Source: an uncultured Ignavibacteriales bacterium | GTDB taxonomy: Bacteria; Bacteroidota; Ignavibacteria; Ignavibacteriales; Ignavibacteriaceae | Length of the DNA: 64,000 nucleotides | Reading direction: 5' to 3' | Assembly: GCA_963715745.1 (NCBI GenBank) | Contig: OY970271.1 | Location: 499,129-563,128, forward strand | In this document: positions 19,230-28,071 of the stretch, piece after piece | How the letters are laid out: each line of letters begins with the position of its first letter | Numbering within the stretch: position 1 is the stretch's first letter | Notes under the pieces: generated by a model | Seen by the model: only the letters and a program-made list of their open reading frames with translations | Told to the model about the DNA's origin: nothing | The model's database searches: none | Translations under genes and position numbers: made by a program

Positions 19230-20017
19230 TTCGGATGATAAACAATTCCATATTCATTGCTTCTGGTAGCTTTCAGATTAAAAACTGGTATCAAAATATC
19301 CAGCCAACTTCTTATCTCTGAAAACTCAGTAAAATCTTTTAAGCGATTTGGCAATTCTCCCAGATCAAAGTTTTTAATCGTATAAAGAGTAACTAAGTAT
19401 GAGATTAAATCTGATATTTGAATGAAATACGATTGTTTTGAGTCTTTTGGTAATGGATCCTCTATCAGGTATTTAATTTCTTTTCTATAATGCGAAGTCG
19501 AGTATTTTGAAGGAATGAAATTAATTCTTTGAATTTTTCTTGTTGTTTTCATCATTTTCCCGACACGACCGGGATCAGTTATTATCATAAATCTATCATT
19601 TGGATTTGAGCTTGTTTCAAGATCATTATCAATTCTTTGAATTGAATATGTTAGAGCCGTATCAAGCACTTCAAATTTGGGATTACTTAATCTTTCTTTA
19701 ACTATTACAGTGTTAATAATCTTGAGATCTAACCTTGAAATTAATTGACAAAAAAAGGAAATGATTTCTTTTTTATCATCATTGCTAATTTTTAAATCTT
19801 TGTAGGGATTTTTATCTAGCAAAAAATACTTGGTGTGAAATTCGATTTTAACCGGGAAATTGAATTCATTTTTTAATCTTCTTCTAAAATCCAAAACGGC
19901 TTCATAATTTTCTTTCCAACTTAAATAATGCATATATGTTGCTGTTAAACAAAATAATGGAGAGGAATAAACCGGAAATCCGTCGTCCCCGGATTCGTCA
20001 TAATAAACAATTCTCAT
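19226..20017 (-). CDS. DUF3800 family protein
   Basis: 263 aa. The N-terminal MRIVYYDESGDDG (DESG motif) and overall length fit DUF3800. Confidence 0.7.
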   Translation of the reverse strand: MRIVYYDESGDDGFPVYSSPLFCLTATYMHYLSWKENYEAVLDFRRRLKNEFNFPVKIEFHTKYFLLDKNPYKDLKISNDDKKEIISFFCQLISRLDLKIINTVIVKERLSNPKFEVLDTALTYSIQRIDNDLETSSNPNDRFMIITDPGRVGKMMKTTRKIQRINFIPSKYSTSHYRKEIKYLIEDPLPKDSKQSYFIQISDLISYLVTLYTIKNFDLGELPNRLKDFTEFSEIRSWLDILIPVFNLKATRSNEYGIVYHPK

Positions 20018-20110
20018 AATGTAGTATTATTAAATAATAGAATAATAATTTCTCGTCTTAAGTTAATTTTATTTTCAGGGCAAACACAATGGTACCATGG
20101 CAGATATCTT

Positions 20111-20222
20111 AACTGTTTTTGTTTACGCTTATTAGTCTTACAATAAGGAAGTCGTGGGTTTTAGCTAAATCAACTTCATCCTTAAACCAATTATCGAAGC
20201 AGAGGTTTTGTAGGTTGTACAT
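20111..20222 (-). repeat. decayed copy of rsgA codons 1-37 (copy 2)
   Basis: Translates to MYNLQNLCFDNWFKDEVDLAKTHDFLIVRLISVNKNS*, against the rsgA N-terminus MNNLQNLGFKNWFQDKVDLSKTDFNIVRVISVNKNSF. It aligns at the nucleotide level to 18931-19038 with one 3-nt indel. Confidence 0.9.
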
Positions 20223-20224
20223 TT

Positions 20225-20884
20225 TTAGTCTATTGCTCGGGAATCAATTGAACCTTTTAGTGCTGCCCGTATCAACAAAATAACTACACCTAAATACCAC
20301 AATCCTGTAAACATTCCAACGTGTGGAAAACCATGAACGTAAGGCGGATCGGGGAAATAGTATATGTTAGCTCCAAGCAGGGGAACAATCGCGACAAAAA
20401 TTCCTGTCCAGCCGATAATTCTTCCAAAACGTGAATCGCGGATTAAGTTAATAGCAAAAAATAATGTTCCAAGCCCAATAAAAATATCGAACGCAACGTC
20501 AAGTCCAAGGACTACATCCCAGATTCGTTGTCTCACTATTGAATTTAATTGTTCATCACCTGAAGGAGCTGTTGAGTAATTGATAGCCAGCTGGACAATT
20601 ATCATAGCAGTAACCAAAGCACCGGCTAATGAGTTAAGAATAGCTGCCAGCTTAATCGTGGGTGAATTACGACGAGTCAACAGAATATGAGCAAGTGATA
20701 TACTCGCTATTGCGAGAGCGGGACCAAAACTTCCACCTAAAATTAATTGAGGTATTCGAGGGACAGCGACTAATATCAGGACAGGATAAACACAGCAAGC
20801 GACAATACCTGCAACTATTCCAATTTTCACCCAGCTTCTTATATTCTCCTCGTGAGGATTACTTATAATTGTTTTTTCTATCAT
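20225..20884 (-). CDS. multi-pass membrane protein, unknown function
   Basis: 219 aa with about 6 hydrophobic segments. The stop codon lies 2 nt upstream of the ATG of rsgA-fragment copy 2. Confidence 0.7.
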   Translation of the reverse strand: MIEKTIISNPHEENIRSWVKIGIVAGIVACCVYPVLILVAVPRIPQLILGGSFGPALAIASISLAHILLTRRNSPTIKLAAILNSLAGALVTAMIIVQLAINYSTAPSGDEQLNSIVRQRIWDVVLGLDVAFDIFIGLGTLFFAINLIRDSRFGRIIGWTGIFVAIVPLLGANIYYFPDPPYVHGFPHVGMFTGLWYLGVVILLIRAALKGSIDSRAID

Positions 20885-20947
20885 AATAGGTTCCTTATAA
20901 CTAAATAAAAATTAAAGTTGATTCTGTAACTTTTTGCGAATAATTAC

Positions 20948-20996
20948 AAAACTTTTGAACACCAATTATCGAAGCCGGGTTTTGTATGTTATTCAT
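20948..20996 (-). repeat. decayed copy of the rsgA 5' end (copy 3)
   Basis: The minus strand reads atgaataacatacaaaacccggcttcgataattggtgttcaaaag, against rsgA atgaacaacctacaaaacctcggcttcaaaaactggtttcaag. It carries a 1-nt deletion that shifts the frame. Confidence 0.75.
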
Positions 20997-21016
20997 TGTG
21001 ATATCATTAATCCGGG

Positions 21017-21511
21017 TTAATATCTAATCAATTTATGCCCAAGTTTGAACAAGGGTTTTAATAATGAAAGTATAATAACTGTAAAAGCCAGAATAGCTAT
21101 TATCAAATAATAAACATTAATTCCCGCATCTATATACCGCGAAATAATTATTATTGATAAAGGCAGGTTTAATAAAAGTGCTGTTATCAATCCGGGTGCG
21201 TATTTTTTTAATAAAATAGTTGCGGCTAAGTGAGGAATTATGGTGTTTAAGCCCATCATTCCTATAAAGCCAAGATATATATAACTAAAAGCACTACCAT
21301 TAGTGTTGTCAATTATTTCGGCAACCGTAACAAGATAACCAATAATAGTAACAACTATAACTGCAAATATAAATTGGTTTCTCTCAACGGGTTGATGGAA
21401 TTTTTTTGCGTGCTTCGACCATTCAGGCAGCCAGACAGATTCTTCAATATTGTGAATTGTAAAACCTAAAAGGAAAATAAATTTTAGTGCCAGGGCAATA
21501 CTATCATTCAT
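21017..21511 (-). CDS. HXXEE domain-containing membrane protein
   Basis: 164 aa with the FTIHNIEESVWLPEW motif and 4-5 TM segments. Confidence 0.75.
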   Translation of the reverse strand: MNDSIALALKFIFLLGFTIHNIEESVWLPEWSKHAKKFHQPVERNQFIFAVIVVTIIGYLVTVAEIIDNTNGSAFSYIYLGFIGMMGLNTIIPHLAATILLKKYAPGLITALLLNLPLSIIIISRYIDAGINVYYLIIAILAFTVIILSLLKPLFKLGHKLIRY

Positions 21512-21560
21512 ATGTTATCTTTTAACCAATTGTTAATCCGAGGAATTGCGGATTGTTCAT
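21511..21560 (-). repeat. decayed copy of the rsgA 5' end (copy 4)
   Basis: The minus strand reads atgaacaatccgcaattcctcggattaacaattggttaaaagataacat (MNNPQFLGLTIG*). It aligns to rsgA atgaacaacctacaaaacctcggcttcaaaaactggtttcaagataaagt. Confidence 0.7.
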
Positions 21561-21576
21561 ATTTTTTCATCCAAAC

Positions 21577-21605
21577 TTCCCAATTCTTCCCAAAGAAAAC
21601 AACGG
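21577..21605. repeat. 29-bp direct repeat, copy A (ttcccaattcttcccaaagaaaacaacgg)
   Basis: Identical to copy C (23262-23290) and 27/29 identical to copy B. Confidence 0.9.
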
Positions 21606-21625
21606 GGAGATTTAAAAATCGTGCT

Positions 21626-22100
21626 ATCCCCTCTTGGGAGGGGCGAGGGGTGGGTCGGATAGATTGTAAAGAAAAAAATTATTATGTTACTGACAAATGA
21701 AGAGAAGGAAAATCATTCCATATAATCCAAAGCTAAAAGAATACGCTAGGAAACTCAGGAATAACAGTACTTATACAGAAGTTCAGCTATGGAATTATAT
21801 GAAGAAAAAACAACTTCGTGGTTATGACATTGACCGGCAGAAACCAATAGACAATTATATTGTGGATTTCTATTGCAAGGATCTTATGCTGGCAATTGAG
21901 ATTGATGGTGAAAGTCACTATGGAAACACTGATAAAGACAAAAAGAAAGATAAGAGACTTAATGAACTTGGTGTTACCGTTCTCAGGTTTGATGATTTGG
22001 ATATTATATATAAACTGGATAAAGTGCTTGAGAAGATAGAGGAATGGATTGATGCAAATGAGAAGTTGACCCACCCCTAAATCCCCTCCAAGGAGGGGAC
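21626..22100 (+). mobile_element. DUF559 endonuclease gene bounded by about 31-bp G-rich terminal inverted repeats
   Basis: The left end is atcccctcttgggaggggcgaggggtgggtc (21626-21656). The reverse complement of the right end (22068-22100) is gtcccctccttggaggggatttaggggtgggtc. The DUF559 stop codon lies inside the right repeat. Confidence 0.6.
21697..22080 (+). CDS. DUF559 endonuclease-domain protein (Vsr/restriction-endonuclease-like fold)
   Basis: 127 aa with YIVDFYCKDLMLAIEIDGESH and VTVLRFDD, typical of DUF559. Confidence 0.85.
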   Translation: MKRRKIIPYNPKLKEYARKLRNNSTYTEVQLWNYMKKKQLRGYDIDRQKPIDNYIVDFYCKDLMLAIEIDGESHYGNTDKDKKKDKRLNELGVTVLRFDDLDIIYKLDKVLEKIEEWIDANEKLTHP

Positions 22101-22127
22101 TATAAGTGAAAGATTTGTTCAACTAAG

Positions 22128-22156
22128 TTCCCATTTCTTTCCAAAGAAAACAACGG
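22128..22156. repeat. 29-bp direct repeat, copy B
   Basis: Reads ttcccatttctttccaaagaaaacaacgg, with 2 mismatches to copies A and C. Confidence 0.85.
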
Positions 22157-22163
22157 TGAGTGT

Positions 22164-23135
22164 TTAATCCTTCTCTTGGTGTTCATTTACTTCTCCGTTG
22201 TAAGAAAGCTTCCCATCTTTGAAGTTGCCTTTCACAATGAGTTCTCCATCAATCCCCTGTCCGAATATTATTTTTCCTTCAACATCACCACCGGCTTTAA
22301 CATCTGCTGTGTAAGTAAGCTTTCCGGACGCTGGTGAGCCGTCAACAGTTCCGTTGAATGATCCAAAACCTATCCATTCTTCCTTGTAAGTTCCGGGAGG
22401 TTCACCGCAAGGACCATAAACCAGAATACGGAAATCTATTTCAAGTTTTCCTGTTAATGTTCCGGTAATATTATAAGGTTGTTTTATTTCCACAATGCAG
22501 ACTTTCCCAATTTCATTCCTTACCGGTGTCCCTAAAGGTGGGCCAACTGGTTGAAAAGTTCCTTCAACCTCCATTTCAGGTTTATCAATGTTTCGGATAA
22601 TTTGATCCTCTTTGGTTGGCAATCCAAGCATTGCGGTGATGAGCCAGTTGCCATTCTGCTTAAGCATTACCCACGTACCGCGTGCTTTCCTAGTATGAAG
22701 TTTTATTCCCAGTGTGTCTTGTCCCCCGGTTGTTGTCTCGACGTTGACTACCGCAACATCTTCAGCTATAAATCTGACTGAATTCAGAACGAACGTCCCC
22801 CTTCGTCCCGGTTCCTGCTTATTGAAAGAACTCTGCCAATAAGCCCGCCACCAGTTTTCGATGGCTTCCCTTCCTTGTAACCTGGGCAAATTGAACATTA
22901 CGAAATCGGCATCTTCAGTGAAGAATGCCGCAAGAGTTTCAGGGTTATGGGTGTTAAATGTACGTTGATACTCTTCGATCCGTGTGAATACTGCAGCAGA
23001 ATCACTATCTGTCTGTGCCACCGCCATACTGGAATACACAGTGTTGAAAGTAATTAAAGTTATAATCAGCACAGTCATATTTACGAAATTTACCAGGTTG
23101 AGCGTCGATGACAGCCTACTAATTTTTACATTCAT
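22164..23135 (-). CDS. secreted two-domain protein: NTF2-like (DUF4440/SgcJ-EcaC type) N-domain plus unassigned beta-rich C-domain
   Basis: Has a signal-like N-terminus and the NTF2-like pattern AAFFTEDADFVMFNLPRLQGREAIENWW...GTWVMLKQNGNWLITAM. The C-terminal 130 aa are Gly/Lys/beta-rich. ATG 23135 is preceded by aggaaggag; the track ORF starts 27 nt earlier. Confidence 0.7.
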   Translation of the reverse strand: MNVKISRLSSTLNLVNFVNMTVLIITLITFNTVYSSMAVAQTDSDSAAVFTRIEEYQRTFNTHNPETLAAFFTEDADFVMFNLPRLQGREAIENWWRAYWQSSFNKQEPGRRGTFVLNSVRFIAEDVAVVNVETTTGGQDTLGIKLHTRKARGTWVMLKQNGNWLITAMLGLPTKEDQIIRNIDKPEMEVEGTFQPVGPPLGTPVRNEIGKVCIVEIKQPYNITGTLTGKLEIDFRILVYGPCGEPPGTYKEEWIGFGSFNGTVDGSPASGKLTYTADVKAGGDVEGKIIFGQGIDGELIVKGNFKDGKLSYNGEVNEHQEKD

Positions 23136-23261
23136 TTTTTTCTCCTTCCTGAAATAAAACAAATGTCGTTATCAACCGAACTCCTTACCTGCATAATGAT
23201 ATTATAACTAAACCAACCAGAGCAAACGGGTGATAAAGGATATTAATTTTCTGTGATGAAT

Positions 23262-23290
23262 TTCCCAATTCTTCCCAAAGAAAACAACGG
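23262..23290. repeat. 29-bp direct repeat, copy C
   Basis: Reads ttcccaattcttcccaaagaaaacaacgg and sits immediately downstream (minus sense) of the aldo/keto reductase terminator. Confidence 0.9.
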
Positions 23291-23293
23291 TTT

Positions 23294-23329
23294 AAAACAA
23301 AAAAACCGCAGAAGTTTTCTCCTGCGGTT
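23294..23329 (-). terminator. rho-independent terminator of the aldo/keto reductase gene
   Basis: On the minus strand, the hairpin aaccgcaggagaaaacttctgcggtt is followed by tttttttgtttt. Confidence 0.8.
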
Positions 23330-23445
23330 AAATAATATTTATAGTGTTGTTTCCCCAAACAGAAAAGATCCTGAAACCCTCCATAGGCGGGCAGGTAAGT
23401 TCAGGGGGAAACATCGGTATTACAATTTATTATTGTATCATTTCA

Positions 23446-24450
<1,005 letters not shown>

Positions 24451-24488
24451 TCATCTTTTTCTATTTTGGAATTGTCATTATAAATTAC

Positions 24489-24773
24489 TCAGGACAAAAC
24501 ATCTCTTATTTTTTCCATCTTATCAAAAACAGATTTTGCAAACGGACACAACGGAATTATTTTGATTTTATTTTCACGCGCATATTTAACCACTTCCATT
24601 AAAATTTTTTTACCGATGTTTTGTCCACGGTAAGCATCATCTACTTCTGTATGATCAAGTATCATCCTGGTTTCACCAGCAAATGTATAACTCATTCTGC
24701 CAGCTTCTTTATCATCATCAAATGCACCAAAGTAACCTTTTGTGCCGGAATCAATTTGTTTTATTTCGATCAT
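24489..24773 (-). CDS. small GNAT-family N-acetyltransferase (YjdJ-like)
   Basis: 94 aa with LDHTEVDDAYRGQNIGKKILMEVVKYARENKIKIIPLCPF. Confidence 0.8.
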   Translation of the reverse strand: MIEIKQIDSGTKGYFGAFDDDKEAGRMSYTFAGETRMILDHTEVDDAYRGQNIGKKILMEVVKYARENKIKIIPLCPFAKSVFDKMEKIRDVLS

Positions 24774-24774
24774 A

Positions 24775-24984
24775 TTACTTTTCTTTTATGCTGAGTGCGC
24801 CGGAAGGACATTTAGCTACCTGGCTGATAAGTTCTTCTGTTGTTGCATTTTCAGGTTTAATCCACGGATGCACTTTTGTATTATAAACTTTCGGCAGAGT
24901 TTTTACACATATACCTGAATGCTGACACAATTTCGGCTGCCAAACTATTGTTATCTCGCCGTTAGGATATTCTTTGCGTTCCAT
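24775..24984 (-). CDS. small Cys-containing protein, divergent 4Fe-4S mono-cluster-like
   Basis: 69 aa with the pattern CQHSGIC...CPSGAL. Confidence 0.5.
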   Translation of the reverse strand: MERKEYPNGEITIVWQPKLCQHSGICVKTLPKVYNTKVHPWIKPENATTEELISQVAKCPSGALSIKEK

Positions 24985-25026
24985 TTATATCTCCTTTAAA
25001 CTTAATTAATAATCAAGTTTGATTTT

Positions 25027-25862
25027 TTAATGCTTCCCAATTTTAACTGACATCATTGTCAGTGAGCCGCCCACAGCTTTATCATTGAACAAACTTACTT
25101 CTTCATTCTCTTCTTTCAAAGCTAGAGCATAGATCAATGGCAGATAATGTTCAGGTGTTGGAACAGCCAGATTAATTTCCTTTCCCTGTGATTGATAATT
25201 AATGAGCTGCTTGTGATCGCCGGACAGAATAAATTTTTTCATCTTTTCACTTACTTCACTTGCGCCCAGTCGTAACTATAGTTTACTTCGTTCAATCTTG
25301 TCCAGTCAACCATACGAAGATTGTGAACCATATTTCCGCTGCCGATTATAAGCACACCTTTTTTACGTAATGAGCCATGCTCCCTTGCTAATTCATAATG
25401 GTAATGCGGTGATTGAGTATAATCAAGACTCAGTTCAATTACAGGAACATCGGCATCAGGGTAAAGATGTTTTACAACAGACCACGCCCCGTGATCAAGT
25501 CCCCAATTTAAGTCCAGTCCCACTTCAGTTTTTTTAATTATACTTTTTGTTTGCTTTGCAAGTTCGGGACTTCCCGGGGCAGGATATTGAACTTCGTACA
25601 ACTCTTTCGGAAACCCTCCGAAGTCGTGAATGGTTTGGGGCTTCTCCATCGCGGTAACAAAAGTTCCTTTAGTTTCCCAGTGAGCAGATACAACTAAAAC
25701 AGCATTTGGTTTTGGAATTTCTTTCCCGATTTTTCTAAAGCCTTGCACAAATTCATTTTCCTCAATCGCATTCATCGGGCTTCCGTGTCCAAGAAACAGC
25801 ACGGGCATTTTCTCCGTGCTGTTAAATGGTTCTGTTATTTTATTTAATTCATTTAGTTTCAT
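25027..25862 (-). pseudogene. 4,5-DOPA dioxygenase extradiol (YgiD/LigB family) with an internal frameshift
   Basis: Track ORFs 25251..25862 (...NYSYDWAQVK*) and 25027..25242 (MKKFILSGDHKQLINY...PTPEHYLPLIYALA) are two halves of one family. The frame of the downstream ORF reads ...GASEVSEKMKKFILSGDH back to 25265. Two extra nt (gc, 25264-25265) separate TGG(W) from that frame. Confidence 0.65.
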
Positions 25863-25890
25863 TAAAAGTCATGACGTTGTTTCATATTAT

Positions 25891-26643
25891 TTATACAGCA
25901 GTATATCCGCCATCAACAGTATAATAAGATCCTGTCACAAAAGAAGATTTTGAAGAAGCCAGCCATAAAGCCAGTTCTGCAACTTCTTCTGATTTACCCA
26001 AACGACCTATGGGATGTTTGGTCTCTAAGAATTTTAAGGTTTCCTTATCCAGGTTTTTATCAAGCATCGGAGTTGAAATAAAACCGGGACCAATTGAATT
26101 TACCCGTACATTTTTTGTTGCATATTCAACTGCAGCATTTTTTGTTAAACCAACAACACCATGTTTTGCAGCAACGTATGCTGATGAATTTGCAAAGCCC
26201 ACTGATCCAAGAATAGAAGCCATATTAATAATACTTCCTTCTCCACTTTTTAACATTGCGGGAATTTGATACCGCATTCCATAAAATACGCCTGATAAGT
26301 TAATTGCAATAACTTTATCCCATCCATCAACAGGATATTCACCAACCGGAGCGCTTGGTCCGCCGATGCCGGCATTATTGACTGCAATGTGCAACCTACC
26401 ATAATGTTTGACTGTCTGATCAACAAGCTGCTTATTCTCTTCCGGTTTAGAAGAGTCAGCTTTTATAAAAATCGCGTCGCCTTCTTTTGATTTTATTTCA
26501 GAGACGGTTTCATTTCCACCCTTTTCATCAATATCGGAGACAACAACTTTAGCACCTTCCGTAGCGTAAAGTATTGCTGTTGCTCTTCCAATTCCGGAAC
26601 CAGCTCCTGTGACTATTGCAACTTTGTTTTCTAACACTTTCAT
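25891..26643 (-). CDS. short-chain dehydrogenase/reductase (classical SDR)
   Basis: 250 aa with TGAGSGIGRA, NNAG and YVAAKHG. Confidence 0.95.
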   Translation of the reverse strand: MKVLENKVAIVTGAGSGIGRATAILYATEGAKVVVSDIDEKGGNETVSEIKSKEGDAIFIKADSSKPEENKQLVDQTVKHYGRLHIAVNNAGIGGPSAPVGEYPVDGWDKVIAINLSGVFYGMRYQIPAMLKSGEGSIINMASILGSVGFANSSAYVAAKHGVVGLTKNAAVEYATKNVRVNSIGPGFISTPMLDKNLDKETLKFLETKHPIGRLGKSEEVAELALWLASSKSSFVTGSYYTVDGGYTAV

Positions 26644-26725
26644 AATTTCACCTTTTTAAAACGATAGTTAAACAATTTCCATTTAATAGAATGTACAATA
26701 ATAAAAATTGAAATCAACATTTTAT

Positions 26726-27271
26726 TTATGCAGCCTGTGATGCCGCCTGAACTTTGTTGAATTCAGCAAGGATTTCAATTTTAACTTCATTGCCTACAAC
26801 AACACCGCCGGCTTCGGTTAATGCATTCCACTTCAAACCAAAATCGAAACGATTAATTTTTGCGGAAATTTCAAAACCTGCAACTTCGCTTCTGCCCAGT
26901 CCTTCAACAATTCCATTATAGATAACATCAAGAGTAATTTCTTTTGTTATATTACGTATCGTAAGGTTACCTTTTACCTTAAGTTCGTGATCAGATATTT
27001 TCTTCACAGAAGTAGATGTGAAAGAGATCTTATCAAAATTCTCAGCATCAAAGAAGTCAGGTGATTTTAAGTGAGCATCACGATCATTATTTCTGGTATT
27101 GATGCTGTTTGTCTCTGTTTCGAATTTAATCACTGCATCACTAAAGTCTTCTTTATTTGTTTCTATGGATGCATCAAATTTATCAAAGTTACCTCTTACA
27201 GTTGAAACCACAAGGTGTTTTACTTTAAAATTTACTTCAGAATGTGTTGGGTCAATTTTCCATGTTGTCAT
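26726..27271 (-). CDS. YceI family polyisoprenoid-binding protein
   Basis: 181 aa with WKIDPTHSEVNFKVKHLVVSTVRGNFDKF. Confidence 0.9.
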   Translation of the reverse strand: MTTWKIDPTHSEVNFKVKHLVVSTVRGNFDKFDASIETNKEDFSDAVIKFETETNSINTRNNDRDAHLKSPDFFDAENFDKISFTSTSVKKISDHELKVKGNLTIRNITKEITLDVIYNGIVEGLGRSEVAGFEISAKINRFDFGLKWNALTEAGGVVVGNEVKIEILAEFNKVQAASQAA

Positions 27272-27492
27272 TGTCTTGTTCCTTTATTTTTGTCTGATAT
27301 TATTTTGTTTAATTACTACTCAAACATAACTTGAAAGGACCCTCTTGTGCATTCACATAGGGTAAATAAAAAGTTACCATAGGGTAATCAATAGAAACGC
27401 TATGTAATGCTGAACTCGTTTCAGCATCTGTTTTAAGTATCGAGATTCCGAAATAATTCGCTGCGGCGTACAGAATGACTTTAAACAAGCAA

Positions 27493-28071
27493 TTACTTTT
27501 GTGAAAGCTCTTTTCTTATTCTGCTTAAAGATTGCGGGGTAATACCGAGATATGATGCAATATGATTTTGCGGTACCTGTTCTAAAAGTTTCGGATAAGT
27601 TTTAATAAATTTAAGGTATCTTTCTTCTGCCGAAGCACTAAGTGAATCAGCAATTCTTTGTTGCGTGGCTATATGATTAGCCTCAATTAGAAGGCGAAAG
27701 AAGCGCTCCATTTTCGGACAGTTATCGAGCAATCCTTCTCTTGCAGATCTTTCAAGCAAAAGAACTTCGGAATCCTCAAGAGCATCGATATTGTAATTTG
27801 ATGGTAAACCGGAAAGGAAACTATTTAAATCAGAAACCCACCAGTCTTCAATCGCGAATTGAAGTATGTGCTCTGTTCCCTTGCTATCAATTTCATATTC
27901 CCGCAGACAGCCTGAGTTTACAAATCCAACATATCTGCATACATCACCTTCGTTTAAAAGGAATTGGTGTTTTTTCAACTTCTTAGAAACAAAATACTTC
28001 GTACAGATATTAAACTCTTCATCTGTAAGATGGACTCTTTTTTCGATATGTGTTCGCAGTAATGAAAACAT
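27493..28071 (-). CDS. Crp/Fnr family transcriptional regulator
   Basis: 192 aa with a cNMP-binding-like N-domain and the C-terminal HTH IASYLGITPQSLSRIRKEL. Confidence 0.9.
   Translation of the reverse strand: MFSLLRTHIEKRVHLTDEEFNICTKYFVSKKLKKHQFLLNEGDVCRYVGFVNSGCLREYEIDSKGTEHILQFAIEDWWVSDLNSFLSGLPSNYNIDALEDSEVLLLERSAREGLLDNCPKMERFFRLLIEANHIATQQRIADSLSASAEERYLKFIKTYPKLLEQVPQNHIASYLGITPQSLSRIRKELSQK

Noticed and set aside
20079-20098. 10-bp palindrome atggtaccat in the spacer upstream of the DUF3800 gene
   Set aside because: It is a short single palindrome with no partner or repeat, which is consistent with chance.
21512-21700. 62-aa plus-strand ORF (…IPSWEGRGVGRIDCKEK…)
   Set aside because: It reads through rsgA fragment 4, the 29-bp repeat and the left inverted repeat of the DUF559 element. 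Its apparent coding potential comes from those repeats.
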